Assembly: GCA_951406725.2 (NCBI GenBank)
Contig: OX597814.1
Span: 101,494,001 to 101,558,000, forward strand
Origin: Octopus vulgaris
Lineage: Eukaryota
Direction of reading: 5' to 3'
DNA length: 64,000 bases
The position numbers and the translations under genes are program-made. Below, piece by piece: positions 50,447 through 64,000 of this stretch; position 1 is the stretch's first letter; each line of letters begins with the position of its first letter. Under the pieces are notes generated by a model. It was given only the letters and a program-made list of their open reading frames with translations, had not been told where the DNA came from and ran no database searches.

Positions 50447-50583
50447 AATATATATTTATATATTTTATCATTTTATCATTTTATTAAAATTTTCTTTCAT
50501 TTGAGCATTCTGCATTTTTAAAAAAATTTTTCCTTACTTATCATTTCTCCACGTGCGGTCAACACAACCCCACCATTTATTGA

Positions 50584-50641
<58 letters not shown>

Positions 50642-50718
50642 TAAATATACATATATATATATAATATATACATATAATATATATATATATATTATACATA
50701 CATACATACATACATACA

Positions 50719-50752
<34 letters not shown>

Positions 50753-50774
50753 CATACATACATACATACGTACG

Positions 50775-51052
50775 ACGGACTTCTCTCAGTTTCTACTAAA
50801 TTCACTCACAAGGCTTTGGTCGGCCTGCGGCTACAGTGGAAATCATGCCCATGGTACCGCGCAGTGGGCCTGAAGCCAGAACCATGTGCTTGGGAAGCAA
50901 GCTTCTTACCACACAGCCATGGTGCCGGGTTCAGTCCCACTGCGTGACACCTTGGGGAGGTGTCCTCTACTATTGCCTGGGACCAACCAAAGCCTTGTGA
51001 GTGGATTTGGTAGACAGAAACTGGAAGAAGCCCGTCGTATATGTATATATAT

Positions 51053-51094
<42 letters not shown>

Positions 51095-51280
51095 TTGTGT
51101 GTCTGTGTTTGTCTCCCCAGCACCGCTTGACAACCGATGCTGGTGTGTTTACGTCCCCGTATCTTAGCGGTTCGGCAAAAGAAACCGATAGAATAAGTAG
51201 CAGGCTTACAAAGAATAAGCTCGACTAAAAGCGGAGCTTCAGCATGGCCGCTGTCAAATAACTAAAACAGGTAAAAGAGT
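50775..51280. mobile_element. SINE family D with its 5' part duplicated in inverted orientation
   Basis: 50790-50920 reads as a minus-strand 5' half; 50918-51280 is a plus-strand copy with internal (GT)n. Confidence 0.82.
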
Positions 51281-51303
51281 ATATATATATGTGTGTGTGT
51301 GTG

Positions 51304-51367
<64 letters not shown>

Positions 51368-51838
51368 AAACGTTACACTTGAGAAAAGTAGTCGACTCAT
51401 ACACACATATATCGTTATAGAATCACACATGTTCACTGACTCCGATTTGCTATATATGTGTTTGGGGGGGAAGAAAGTGTGCATGTTTGCATGCGTGCGT
51501 GCGTTTGTGTGTGTTTGTATGAGTGCAAACCAAATCCGGTTGTCATTAGTGGGTTATAAACTCATGCAAACGGACGCATGGGTGCTTTCTGGAACACTGA
51601 CATCGAAATATTCGCAAACAAACATCAAGGGCACAAATTCGTTTTTGAACAAGGGAAAGACATAAATATACACACACACACAAACACAACTGAGATGATC
51701 CAACAATGGATAACGTTAATTTCTGGGAAATAACTTCTTTTTCTTTAAGGAAATGTAATGATTTTTTCCTGTTTATTAATGAAATATAAGTATATATACT
51801 CATCTTTCGAGTTTTAGTCTTCTGATTGCATCATCCGC

Positions 51839-51886
<48 letters not shown>

Positions 51887-52016
51887 ATGTGTGTATCCAT
51901 ATGCTTATAGACATATATGTGTGTGAGTGTGTGTGTATATGTATATATATATATACATATATATATTATATACATACATATATATATGTATATACATGTA
52001 TATATTATACATATAT

Positions 52017-52183
<167 letters not shown>

Positions 52184-52905
52184 TGTATATACACATTTGT
52201 GTGTGTGTGTGTGTGTACTGAATCTCCAACATAAAACAATAGCTGAGAGAAATCTAAATATAAAGAAAAATAAAGAGAAAAGATGTGAATAAACGTTGGA
52301 ATACAAATTCTCATCCGTGAAGGGAAATATAATGGCAATATCAATTAAAGAGAATATGCATTTAACCATTTTCTCCCCTTTCTCTCCATTTTTATGTTAT
52401 CAATAATCAAATGATAGAATTATTAGATCGTTTAGAGAAATCTAAAGCCGATAATAATGGACGGGCGTATAATAATCAAGTGCAATATAAAAACAAATGC
52501 TGATGATTCTCGTCATATCTTTATTTCTTAGTGATTGTGTTAATTGGATACATTTAGAATATGTGTGAATGGGGTGGTATGTGAGTTTGGATGCATTGTT
52601 AGGTGCGGGACGAATGAAGTGACACGCGCGTATATATATACGAACATGTATGTGTGTGTACGAGTGGGTATGCATCATGCATACACACACACGCACACAA
52701 ATATTTATATATATATAATATATGAATGCAATTTTAAAATATGTTTATTAATACAACAAAGCTTTTCCATGTTACATTTGACAATCTTTTTCTAAAAAAG
52801 TGAAACCGGTCAAGTGAATAAACATCTTTTAAAATTGCATTTTCAAACCTTCTTTCATATATAATACCACTCCTGCGGTACCTTATAATTCGCTTTGTTA
52901 TATAT

Positions 52906-53012
<107 letters not shown>

Positions 53013-53099
53013 CGCCCAATAATACTTTATTTGTTCCACATCCTCGCGTTGTTGTCTTTTTGTTTTCTTGTTTAGATTAACTTTATATATATATATATA

Positions 53100-53420
53100 T
53101 CGATCCCAGGTCTAATTCTTTGTAAGCCTAGTACTTAATCTATCGGTTCTTTTGCCGAACCACTAAGTCACAGGGACGTAAACACACCAGCGTCGGTTGT
53201 CAAGCGATGGTGAGTGGGGGAAACACAGACGCACAAACACGGACACACACATGCACGAACACACACACACATATACGATAGGCTTCCTCCAGTTTCCATC
53301 TACCAAATCCACTCATGATTCGGTCGGCCCGAAGCTATAGTAGAAGACACTTGCCTAACGTGCCATGCAGTGGGGCTGAACCCGGAATAATTTGGTTGGT
53401 AAGCAACCTACTTACCACAC
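53100..53420 (-). mobile_element. SINE family D
   Basis: Reverse complement of the family D sequence. Confidence 0.85.
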
Positions 53421-53423
53421 AAG

Positions 53424-53584
53424 TTTTTAACGTTTCGAGCCTACGCTCTTCAACAGAAAGATACACAGAGATAAAAAAAAAACACAGAAAGAAGGAGAGA
53501 AAAAAATGCGTGCAGTAACTAACGAATCAACATGGCGATCTGATTTCGGCCAGAGGTCAAAGATCAAACATGAGACGCGAGAGC

Positions 53585-53588
<4 letters not shown>
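53424..53588 (-). mobile_element. Solo fragment of the 24.7-kb PLE pseudo-LTR including the hammerhead-like motif
   Basis: Reverse complement of about 24783-24945 with a few substitutions; bounded by (AT)n. Confidence 0.92.
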
Positions 53589-53633
<45 letters not shown>

Positions 53634-53669
53634 GGCGCATCGCTCAGTGGTTACATATATATACACGCT

Positions 53670-54115
53670 GAGAAGCCCCTTGGGTCATGACTGACCATGG
53701 GATTGCACCTAGAAAGTCCGGGCAAGGTTGTTTATGGAAGACCAGCAGTCGCCCATGCATACCGGCCTCCCCTATATATGAAGGCGCATGGCTCAGTGGT
53801 TAGAGCGTCGAGCTTACGATTGAAAGGTTGTAAGTTCAAATCCCGGACCGGGCTGCGTGTTGTGTTCTTGACCAAGACACTTTATTTCACGTTGCTCAAG
53901 TTCACTCAGCTGTAAAAATGAACTGCGACGTCACAGGTGCCAAGATGTATCGGCCCCTTTACCTTTCCCTTGGATAACACTGGTGACGTGGGGAAGGAGG
54001 CCGGTATGCATGGGCGACTGCTGGTCTTCCATAAACAACCATGCCCTGACTTGTACCTAGGAGGGTAACTTTCTAGGTGCAATCCCATGGTCAGTCATGA
54101 CCGAAGTGGGTCTCA
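53670..54115 (+). mobile_element. SINE family B (53780-54115) preceded by an inverted copy of its own 3' tail (53670-53772)
   Basis: ggtcatgactgaccatgggattgcacctagaaag..ggaagaccagcagtcgcccatgcataccggcctcc is the reverse complement of 53995-54102 with an internal deletion. Confidence 0.88.
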
Positions 54116-54185
<70 letters not shown>

Positions 54186-54466
54186 ATGGGATGGAAATCT
54201 AAGATCCAAAGATCTAGGTGTAAGAAGTTAATAAGCTACGAGTAGTTCGTAGAAGGTATTAAAAAAAAAAAAACTTTCAGAAACACTAGAGGATTATTAG
54301 GCGTAAAAATTGTACATTTTTCTCATATCGAAACTCCATATACTGAAAAAAGTTATTTTATTGTTTATGCTTAGCAACTAGGGTTGCTATGCATGCGAAT
54401 GAAAATCCAAATTTAGGGAATATAACGTGTAAAATCCTGGTTAAATGTTTCCTAGCTGGCAGAATC

Positions 54467-54742
54467 TCGGAAAGTAGTAATCTCTCAACGAGAGGTACTC
54501 CATTAGTTACACATGCCTTGACTAAAGGAAGGTTATCAAATTGAAGGTTATTAAATGAGGGTCATTAAATGAATCGTTATCAAAGGACCGCTAGATAACT
54601 CGCAGAAGATTTGATCGAAAAAAGTTACTGCGAGTTAACTGGTGATCCTTTGACGATAATGTAACCTTCATTTAACTAAGGTATCTTCGGCCTGATGTGT
54701 AACTAGTGGATTACACCCTTGTTGAATATTTAGTACTTCCGA
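54467..54742. mobile_element. Degenerate fold-back/MITE-like element
   Basis: Nested inverted matches: tcggaa-gta/tacttccga; tagttacacat/atgtgtaacta; tcaaagga/tcctttga; taactcgcag/ctgcgagtta. Confidence 0.6.
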
Positions 54743-54834
54743 AGTTCTATAGCGAAGAAGCATGTGTAGCTTTGATTTTACTTGCACCATTCCCTAATTT
54801 TGGACATATATAAAATTAAGGAAATGAATAAATG

Positions 54835-55425
54835 TTCCTTCTCGAACAATGTCAAGCTCACAAGGGCCGGTTTCCCGGTTTCAGTGGCGTAGAAATTTCC
54901 CACCTGGACGGGACGCCGGTCTCTCGCAGGATTACTCATTTTTGCCAACTGAGTGGACTGGAGCAGCGTGAAATGAAGTGGTTTGCTCAAGAACACAACG
55001 CATCGCCCGGTCCAGGAATCGAAACCACACTCATGAGTTCAACAACCTAACCACTGAACCACGCGCCTCCACTTGGACATAAATAGGGAGAGAGAGAGAG
55101 AGATAGAGAGACAGACAGACAGACAGTGACAGAGAGACAGACAGATAGCAGTTTAAGCCACTAGTGATCTAAACTGTCTGAGTGCTCCAACTGAGTACCT
55201 ATTTCTTTATTACCCACAAGGGACTAAACACAGAGGGGACAAACAAGGACAGACATAGGTATTAAGTCGATTACATCGACCCCAGTGCGTAACTGGTACT
55301 TAATTTATCGACCCCGAAAGGATGAAAGGCAAAGTCCACCTCGGCGGAATTTGAACTCACAACGTAACGACAGACGAAATACGGCTACGCATTTCGCCCG
55401 GCGTGCAAACGATTCTGCCAGCTCG
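54835..55425 (-). mobile_element. SINE family C (54835-55072) and family A (55200-55425)
   Basis: Match to 15303-15552 and to the reverse complement of 12662-12891. Confidence 0.85.
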
Positions 55426-55963
55426 AGTACCCACTAGGATATATGTATGTATGTATATATAGCAAGATGGAGGGAGGGGAGAAAACGTTCCTTGTTATTT
55501 TGTTTGCTTTATATTTCTCTTACAAAAGGTTTCCTGACCTCGCAGTCTGGCCATTTCGAAATACCACATTCAAAGGTTGATCATGTTGACCAAATTACAT
55601 ATTAAGTGAGACCTTTAGCGATATGATAATATACGTTTCCAAACACGCATAGAAAATCACACACACACACATGCATACACGTGCACTCTTACGCATATAG
55701 ATATATGCAACCAGAATCAATGTTCGTATGTATCTTTATATGTATATATATTTACTTCTTTCAGTCATTGGACTGCGGCCATGCCGGTGCACTCCGTTAC
55801 TCTGTTGTAGAATATTAGTCGAACGTATCAGCACCAGTCCGTTTTTTTTTTCAATCTTTAAGCCTTGTATTTATTTTAACGGGCTTTTTTGCCGAGCCAC
55901 AAGGAAGTGAACACACCAACACGTAAACAGACACAAAGACACACACATATTGATATATCTATG

Positions 55964-56055
<92 letters not shown>

Positions 56056-56214
56056 TATTTATATGTGTGTCTGTGTGTATATATATGTATATATATGTAT
56101 GTATGTATATATATATATATATATGTGTATGTATGTATGTATGTATGTATATACGAAGGGGTTCCTTCTGTTTCCAACTACAAAATATACTCACAAGGCT
56201 ATTATTTGCCCATA

Positions 56215-56248
<34 letters not shown>

Positions 56249-56264
56249 CACATATATATATATG

Positions 56265-56352
<88 letters not shown>

Positions 56353-57207
56353 CATCCATATATCTATACCTGAGCGTGTGTGTTTGTGTGTGTGTGTGTG
56401 TGTGTGTCTGTGTGTCTGTGTGTCTGTGTGTGTACAGAAACGTAACTAAATGTGCATATGAATATTTTATATCAGAGGTTCTCAACGCAGGCGGTACTTC
56501 CCCACCTCCAATGGTGTGCTGAGCATGTCGAAAGGATTTAGCGGGCGGTGAGGTAACATAGTAAATAACATACTAAATTTTTATCCATAATAGTAATTAC
56601 ATTATACATGTTGAAACTAGTAGCGATTATTAAAGTAAACTAAGGCCTCATCGGGCACAGGTGTGTCACTAACTTTCGACGTGTAAATTAATTTTACAAC
56701 TTTTGTCTGTATTAATTTCTACATCATTTCACTATTGAATGTTTATGTAGTCCAGTTTTGGAATAAAATTTATCGTAAATTATCCTCCGTGTTAAGTTAG
56801 TTTAGTCGTGCGACATCACTCGTCGCACAGGTTGGTGCTAGGCATGACAGCTTCTTAAAAGGAAGGGTTAGCATGTTACAAACGCAAAGGTGATGAACTG
56901 CTGTTTTAGACAGACGTGTGTGTATATATATATATATACAAATATGTGCATATATACATAAACACATACATACACACATATACATACGCAAAGAGCACAG
57001 CATAAGGAGGGAAAGTCATGGTGGTGCTCCAGCACGGCCGCAGCCACTTGGCTGAGACGAATAAAAAAATAAAAGAATAAAAGAATATACACATAGATAC
57101 GTATATTTATATACATATATCTACATATATCTGTATATGTATATACATATATACATATATTTACATACACACACACACATACATGCTCGTAAATAAATTT
57201 ACATATA

Positions 57208-57241
<34 letters not shown>

Positions 57242-57316
57242 CGTACATATGTATGTGTATATATACATACACACATACATACACACACACATATATATGT
57301 ATGTACGTGTGTGTGT

Positions 57317-57455
<139 letters not shown>

Positions 57456-57577
57456 TAGAAATGTACAGACACATACACACACATGTTAAAGTTTGTTCCT
57501 AAGTTCAAGAATAATAAAAACAATTTTACATTAATCTGATGGGTTCTGCTATACTTCTGTATAGTACAAATTTATTA

Positions 57578-57697
57578 TTCTTAAATAAGAAAATCGTTGA
57601 CAGTGACTTCGAAAGATCGGCCAAATGAGCCAGCGTCGACAATGAATTAGCTGGCCGATATTTCGAAGTGACTGTCAACAGCATTATCATTTAAGAA
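57578..57697. repeat. ~120-bp hairpin/MITE-like element
   Basis: gttgacagtgacttcgaaagatcggcca ... tggccgatatttcgaagtgactgtcaac, plus outer ttcttaaat/atttaagaa. Confidence 0.75.
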
Positions 57698-57712
57698 AAA
57701 GAAGTACATAAC

Positions 57713-58127
57713 TATTTATTTACTACCCACAAGGGGCTAAACATAGAGAGGATAAACAAGGACAGATAAACGGATTAAGTCGATTACATCGACTCCAGTG
57801 CGTAACTGGTACTTAATTTATCGACACCGAAAGGATGAAAGGCAAAGTCGACTAGGCGGAATTTGAACTCAGAACGTAACGGCAGACGAAATACCTATTT
57901 CTTTATTACCCACAAGGGGCTAAACATAGAGGGGACAAACAAGGACAGACATAGGTATTATGTCGATTACATCGACCCCAGTGCGTAACTGGTACTTAAT
58001 TTATCGACCCCGAAAGGATGAAAGGTAAAGTCGACCTCGGCGGAATTTGAACTCACAACGTAACAGCAGACGAAGTACCGCAAAGCATTTCGCCCGGTGT
58101 GCTAACAATTCTACCAGCTCACCGCCT
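57713..58127 (-). mobile_element. SINE family A with tandemly duplicated body
   Basis: Two ~185-bp bodies and one head; same arrangement and junction (gacgaaatacctatttct) as 40142-40557. Confidence 0.88.
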
Positions 58128-58687
58128 TATAAGTACATACCTACATACGCACACACATACGTGTGTGTGTGTGTATGTATATATATATATGTATGTGTGT
58201 GTGTGTGTGTGTGCGTGTGTGTGTATGTGTGTGTGTGTGTGTGTGTAATGGATGTTAATATTCAAGGGTATATAACACTATATATGTCAATTTTGATAAT
58301 GACAGGCAAGAAGCAAAGAGAGGAAAAACTTAGATTACGCAGAAGAGAACATAGGATGCAGCTTATTATAGAATTATAGAATACAATACATATAAAGAGA
58401 AGAGCGAAAGACATAAGCAGAAGAAAATAGAATGGGAGGACAGCGTAGTTATTGCGTTGGTGTTCGTCCATCGCTAATCAATGAACGGAACGAAATCAAC
58501 TGAACGGGTCTTAAACAGGGGACTCACTCGTACAGATACATGCATATATGTATATTTAATATATATATATATACATAAACATGCGGACATAATTGGATAC
58601 ATGCATAGACACAAAGACAACCACACACACACGCCCGCACTTGTATATAAATATGTGTGTGTGTGTGTGTGCGTGTGTGCGTGTGTG

Positions 58688-58770
<83 letters not shown>

Positions 58771-58848
58771 GTGCGTAATGGATGTAAGTACACAAACACA
58801 CGACGGAAAATACGCGAGTGCACAAACAGAAACTCGCGCACGCACACG

Positions 58849-58885
<37 letters not shown>

Positions 58886-59558
58886 ACACTCACACACACT
58901 CACACACTCACACCGACGCACAGTGCAGAGCAAAACAAAGCGAAATTTGGAAATCCATATAGTTCGGTTTTTCTAAACATATCATCAAAATAACTGCATA
59001 TCTGCAAATTATATATATATAGAGAGAGAGAGAGATAGATAGATAGATATATATAGATATATATATATATATATATGTATGTACTACGTATGTATATATG
59101 TATGTATGTATGTACGTATGTATGTATGTATGTATGTATTTATGTATGTATGTACGTACGTATGTATGTACGTATGTATGCATGCATGTATACATGTATG
59201 TATCAATGCGTGTATGCATACATATATATATATGTGTGCATATGTAATATACATATATAACTAGATAATATATATATATATATGTGTGTATATATATATA
59301 TATATACATATGCATATATATGCATATGTAATATATATATATATATAACTAGATATATATGTATATATATATATATGTGTGTGTGTATATATATATATAC
59401 ATATACATATATTTGTGTATATGTATATAAATTTATACGTAAGTGTGTCTGTGTGTGCGTGTGTGTTTTTGCTTGTGTGCTCACGTAGTTTATCGTACGT
59501 CTTTCTGTACTTACTTTCGATATACACATATATCTATATGTGGGCGTGTATGTGTGTG

Positions 59559-59597
<39 letters not shown>

Positions 59598-59867
59598 ATG
59601 TATGTATACAATAAAGTCTGATTGCTTACGCATATACATTATATACATATATGCATTGGGTGTACATAGAGTTCATGTGTGATAATGGGAAACACATTTG
59701 CATAGATATGTATATATACATAGATACATATATATGCAGATATACATATAGTAATAAGTATATATACATAAATACATGGCACCTTGGGCAAGTACCTTCT
59801 ATTATAGCCTCGAGCCGACCAAAGCCTTGTAAATGGATTTGGTAGACGGAAACAGAAAGAAGCAATC

Positions 59868-60013
<146 letters not shown>

Positions 60014-60084
60014 GTATGTATCTACGTATGTATGTATGTATGTATGTATGTATGTATGTATGTATGTATGTATGCATGCATATA

Positions 60085-60535
<451 letters not shown>

Positions 60536-60582
60536 ATATATATATATATATACACACATATATACATATATATATATACATA

Positions 60583-60674
<92 letters not shown>

Positions 60675-60678
<4 letters not shown>

Positions 60679-60841
60679 CGCAGGAGTGGCTGTGTGGTAA
60701 GTAGCTTGCTAACCAACCACATGGTTCTGGGTTCAGTCCCACTGCGTGGCACATTGCTCAAGTGTCTTCTGCTATAGCCCCGGGCCGACCAAAGCCTTGT
60801 GAGTGGATTTGGTAGACGGAAACTGAAAGATGCCTGTTGTA

Positions 60842-60914
<73 letters not shown>

Positions 60915-61135
60915 CTCTGTATGTGTTTGTGTGTCTGTGTTTGTCCCCCTAGCATTGCTTGACAACCGATGTTGGTGTGTTTACGTCCCTGTCATCCAGC
61001 GGTTCGGCAAAAGAGACCGATAGTATAAGTACTGGGCTTACAAAGAATAAGTCCCGAGGTCGATTGGCTCGACTAAAGGCGGTACTCCAGCATGGCCGCA
61101 GTCAAATGACTGAAACAAGTAAAAGAGAAAAAGAG
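60675..61135 (+). mobile_element. SINE family D, full length, with internal (AT)n/(GT)n
   Basis: tRNA-like head, CORE-like segment, internal microsatellite, conserved 3' half; further copies or fragments at 55750-55950, 59775-59870, 61370-61540 and 61915-62345. Confidence 0.88.
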
Positions 61136-61304
61136 TATATCTATATATATCTATATATATATATATATATATATATGCATATACATATATATGTGTGTGT
61201 GTGAATGTGTATGTATAAACACCTGCATCGGTGGTCAAGTGATGCTGATGGGGAGAAAACAGACACATACACACACACACACGCACACACGCATGCACAC
61301 ACAC

Positions 61305-61359
<55 letters not shown>

Positions 61360-61636
61360 TATATATAAGTTGACCACCGATGCTGGTGTGCTTACGTCTC
61401 CGTAACTAAATGGATCGTCAAAAATGACCGAGAGAAAAAGTACTAGGCTTTCAAAGAATACGTCCTGGGTTCGATTTCTATGACTAAAGCTGTGCTCCAG
61501 TACGTTCAGAGTCAAATGACTGAAAAATGAAATAAAAAAGAAAAAGAATAAAAGAAAAAATATACATATATCTATGTATGTATATACGCATGTGGTCTAC
61601 CATATTAAAATCTTATATATATATATATATATATAA

Positions 61637-61766
61637 AAGTCACTTGCTCAAGGTGATACTTATACATGAACGTATGCATATATACAAACATATATACATA
61701 CATACATACATACATACATACACACATGCATGCACACATATATGTATATATGTATATATATATATA

Positions 61767-61832
<66 letters not shown>

Positions 61833-61934
61833 TACATATATGTGTGCATGCATGTGTGTATGTATGTATGTATGTATGTATGTATGTATATATGCATACG
61901 TTCATGTATAAGTATCACCTTGAGCAAGTGACTT
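61637..61934. repeat. Palindrome centred on (AT)n
   Basis: aagtcacttgctcaaggtgatacttatacatgaacgtatgcatata ... tatatgcatacgttcatgtataagtatcaccttgagcaagtgactt; the internal microsatellite variants are also mirrored. Confidence 0.92.
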
Positions 61935-62003
61935 CTACTATAGCCTCGGACCGACCAAAGCCTGTGAGTGGATTTGGTTGACGGAAACTGGAAGAACAAG
62001 GTC

Positions 62004-62065
<62 letters not shown>

Positions 62066-62965
62066 ATATATATTTATACATATAGACATACATACATATG
62101 TACATACATATATACATATACATACATGTATGTATATATGGGTGAGGTGTATGTATTTGTGTATCTGTATTTGTCCCCCTACCATCGCTTGACACCGATA
62201 TTGGTATGTTGACGTCCCTGTTCGGTAATAGAACCGTATTGAATAAGTACTAGACTTGCGAAGAATAACTCTTGGGGCCTATCTGCTCGGCTAAAGGCTG
62301 AGCCCTAGCATGTCCGCAGACAAATGACTGAACAAGTAAAAGAGTAACTATATGTGTGTATGTGTGTATATATATATATATATGTATATATATACGTATG
62401 CATACGTGTATATTTGTACACACACACATATATATATATATACGCACATATATATACATATATATTTATATGTATGTTTGTATATATATGTATGCATACA
62501 CGCATTGATACATACATGTATACATGCATGCATACGTACATACATACATACATACATACATACGTACGTACATACATACATACATACATACGTACATACA
62601 TACATACATACATACGTACATACATACGTACATACATACATACATACATACATACATACATACATACGTACATACATACATACATACATACACACATGTA
62701 TATATGTACATATATGTACACACACACACACACACATACACACACACACATATACATATCGTTTGTAGAAAACATGAATCCGTAAGAAGTAGCACACACT
62801 AAGATGAAGAGCAGTTTGCATTAAAAATGGGGAACGCCTGTTTAAACCTAAGGTAATCCCATAAACCGACCTTCCCCATTTTTAACAAATATATATATAT
62901 ATATACACACACATATACTTATAAATATATACATTTATGAATACGTATTTGTTCAGGTGTATTTC

Positions 62966-63012
<47 letters not shown>

Positions 63013-63059
63013 ATGTATATGTATGAGTATATATGCATGTGTGTGTGTCTGTGTGCATG

Positions 63060-63110
<51 letters not shown>

Positions 63111-63157
63111 GTATGTATTTGTATGAGTATATATGCATGTGTGTGTGTCTGTGTGCT

Positions 63158-63203
<46 letters not shown>

Positions 63204-63284
63204 GGTGTATATGTGTGTGTGTATGTGTGTCTGTATGTGTATGTATAAAGAGAGTGAGTGCGGGACAGTGTTATCTGCACACAG

Positions 63285-63315
<31 letters not shown>

Positions 63316-63791
63316 ACGGTATATAAATTCGCATGTATCTAATCAGTTCATAGATTCTTTTATATGCAGAAAAAAAAAATGCAATGAAATCCCCTGCGTG
63401 TTCCGTATTGGTTAAAAGATACCCAATGTGTCCAAATACCTTTTTAATTTTGAGACACAACTGATTTTACATATATATATATATATATACATGCTTTTTG
63501 TCAATATAATCAGACAACGGCGGCTGTGTCACTTATGGCAGACGATATATACTAGCGTATGTGTGTGTGTGTGTGTGTGTGGATCTATATATACCATTAT
63601 AAGTGTCTGTGCGAGTATATGCATCTAGATATGTGTAACAGATCTTATAAAATTTAGTTTCTACATGCGTACATAATGAAACCAATGAAGAATAATTTTT
63701 TAATGTGTATACAAATTAAATTCTTTAACTACGTTCAGGTTTATAGTGATAAAATTTAAATACCATCTATTATCTATGTGGATTTCTGCAT

Positions 63792-63830
<39 letters not shown>

Positions 63831-63902
63831 GTGTGTGTACAAATATATATATATAGAGAGAGAGAGAGATCAATCGATAGATAGATAGGTAGATAGATAT
63901 AA

Positions 63903-63959
<57 letters not shown>

Positions 63960-64000
63960 CATACGTATGTATATGTACATATATATATGTATATATATAT

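Larger units (their letters stand above)
48106..50539 (+). mobile_element. 5'-truncated Penelope-like element with an inverted upstream copy of its 3' end
   Basis: 48106-48767 is the reverse complement of 49875-50539; central ORF encodes RT thumb plus GIY-YIG; (AT)n on both flanks. Confidence 0.93.

Noticed and set aside
56473-56490. hAT/Charlie-like terminus cagaggttctcaac
   Set aside because: No matching opposite terminus found by eye.

Overview
AT-rich, microsatellite-saturated eukaryotic DNA; the SINE families and repeat landscape suggest an octopus (inference, not verified). Almost all ORFs in the supplied track are translations of simple repeats. Real content: (1) an apparently intact Penelope-like retroelement (PLE; RT plus C-terminal GIY-YIG, Neptune-type) at 24713-29517, bounded by 331-bp direct pseudo-LTRs that look identical by eye; (2) next to it on the minus strand, a non-coding sister element whose two hammerhead-like motifs delimit a 434-nt unit (retrozyme-like); (3) a second, 5'-truncated PLE at 48106-50539 with ~660-bp inverted ends; (4) at least three sequence types of non-canonical minimal hammerhead ribozyme candidates; (5) a decayed Gypsy element, R4/Dong-like 3' fragments stacked in (TAA)n and a HERO-like fragment; (6) dozens of tRNA-derived SINE copies; (7) many fold-back palindromes, often on or beside (AT)n tracts; (8) one plausible terminal exon of a minus-strand host gene. 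All calls were made by eye with no database search, and repeat boundaries are approximate.
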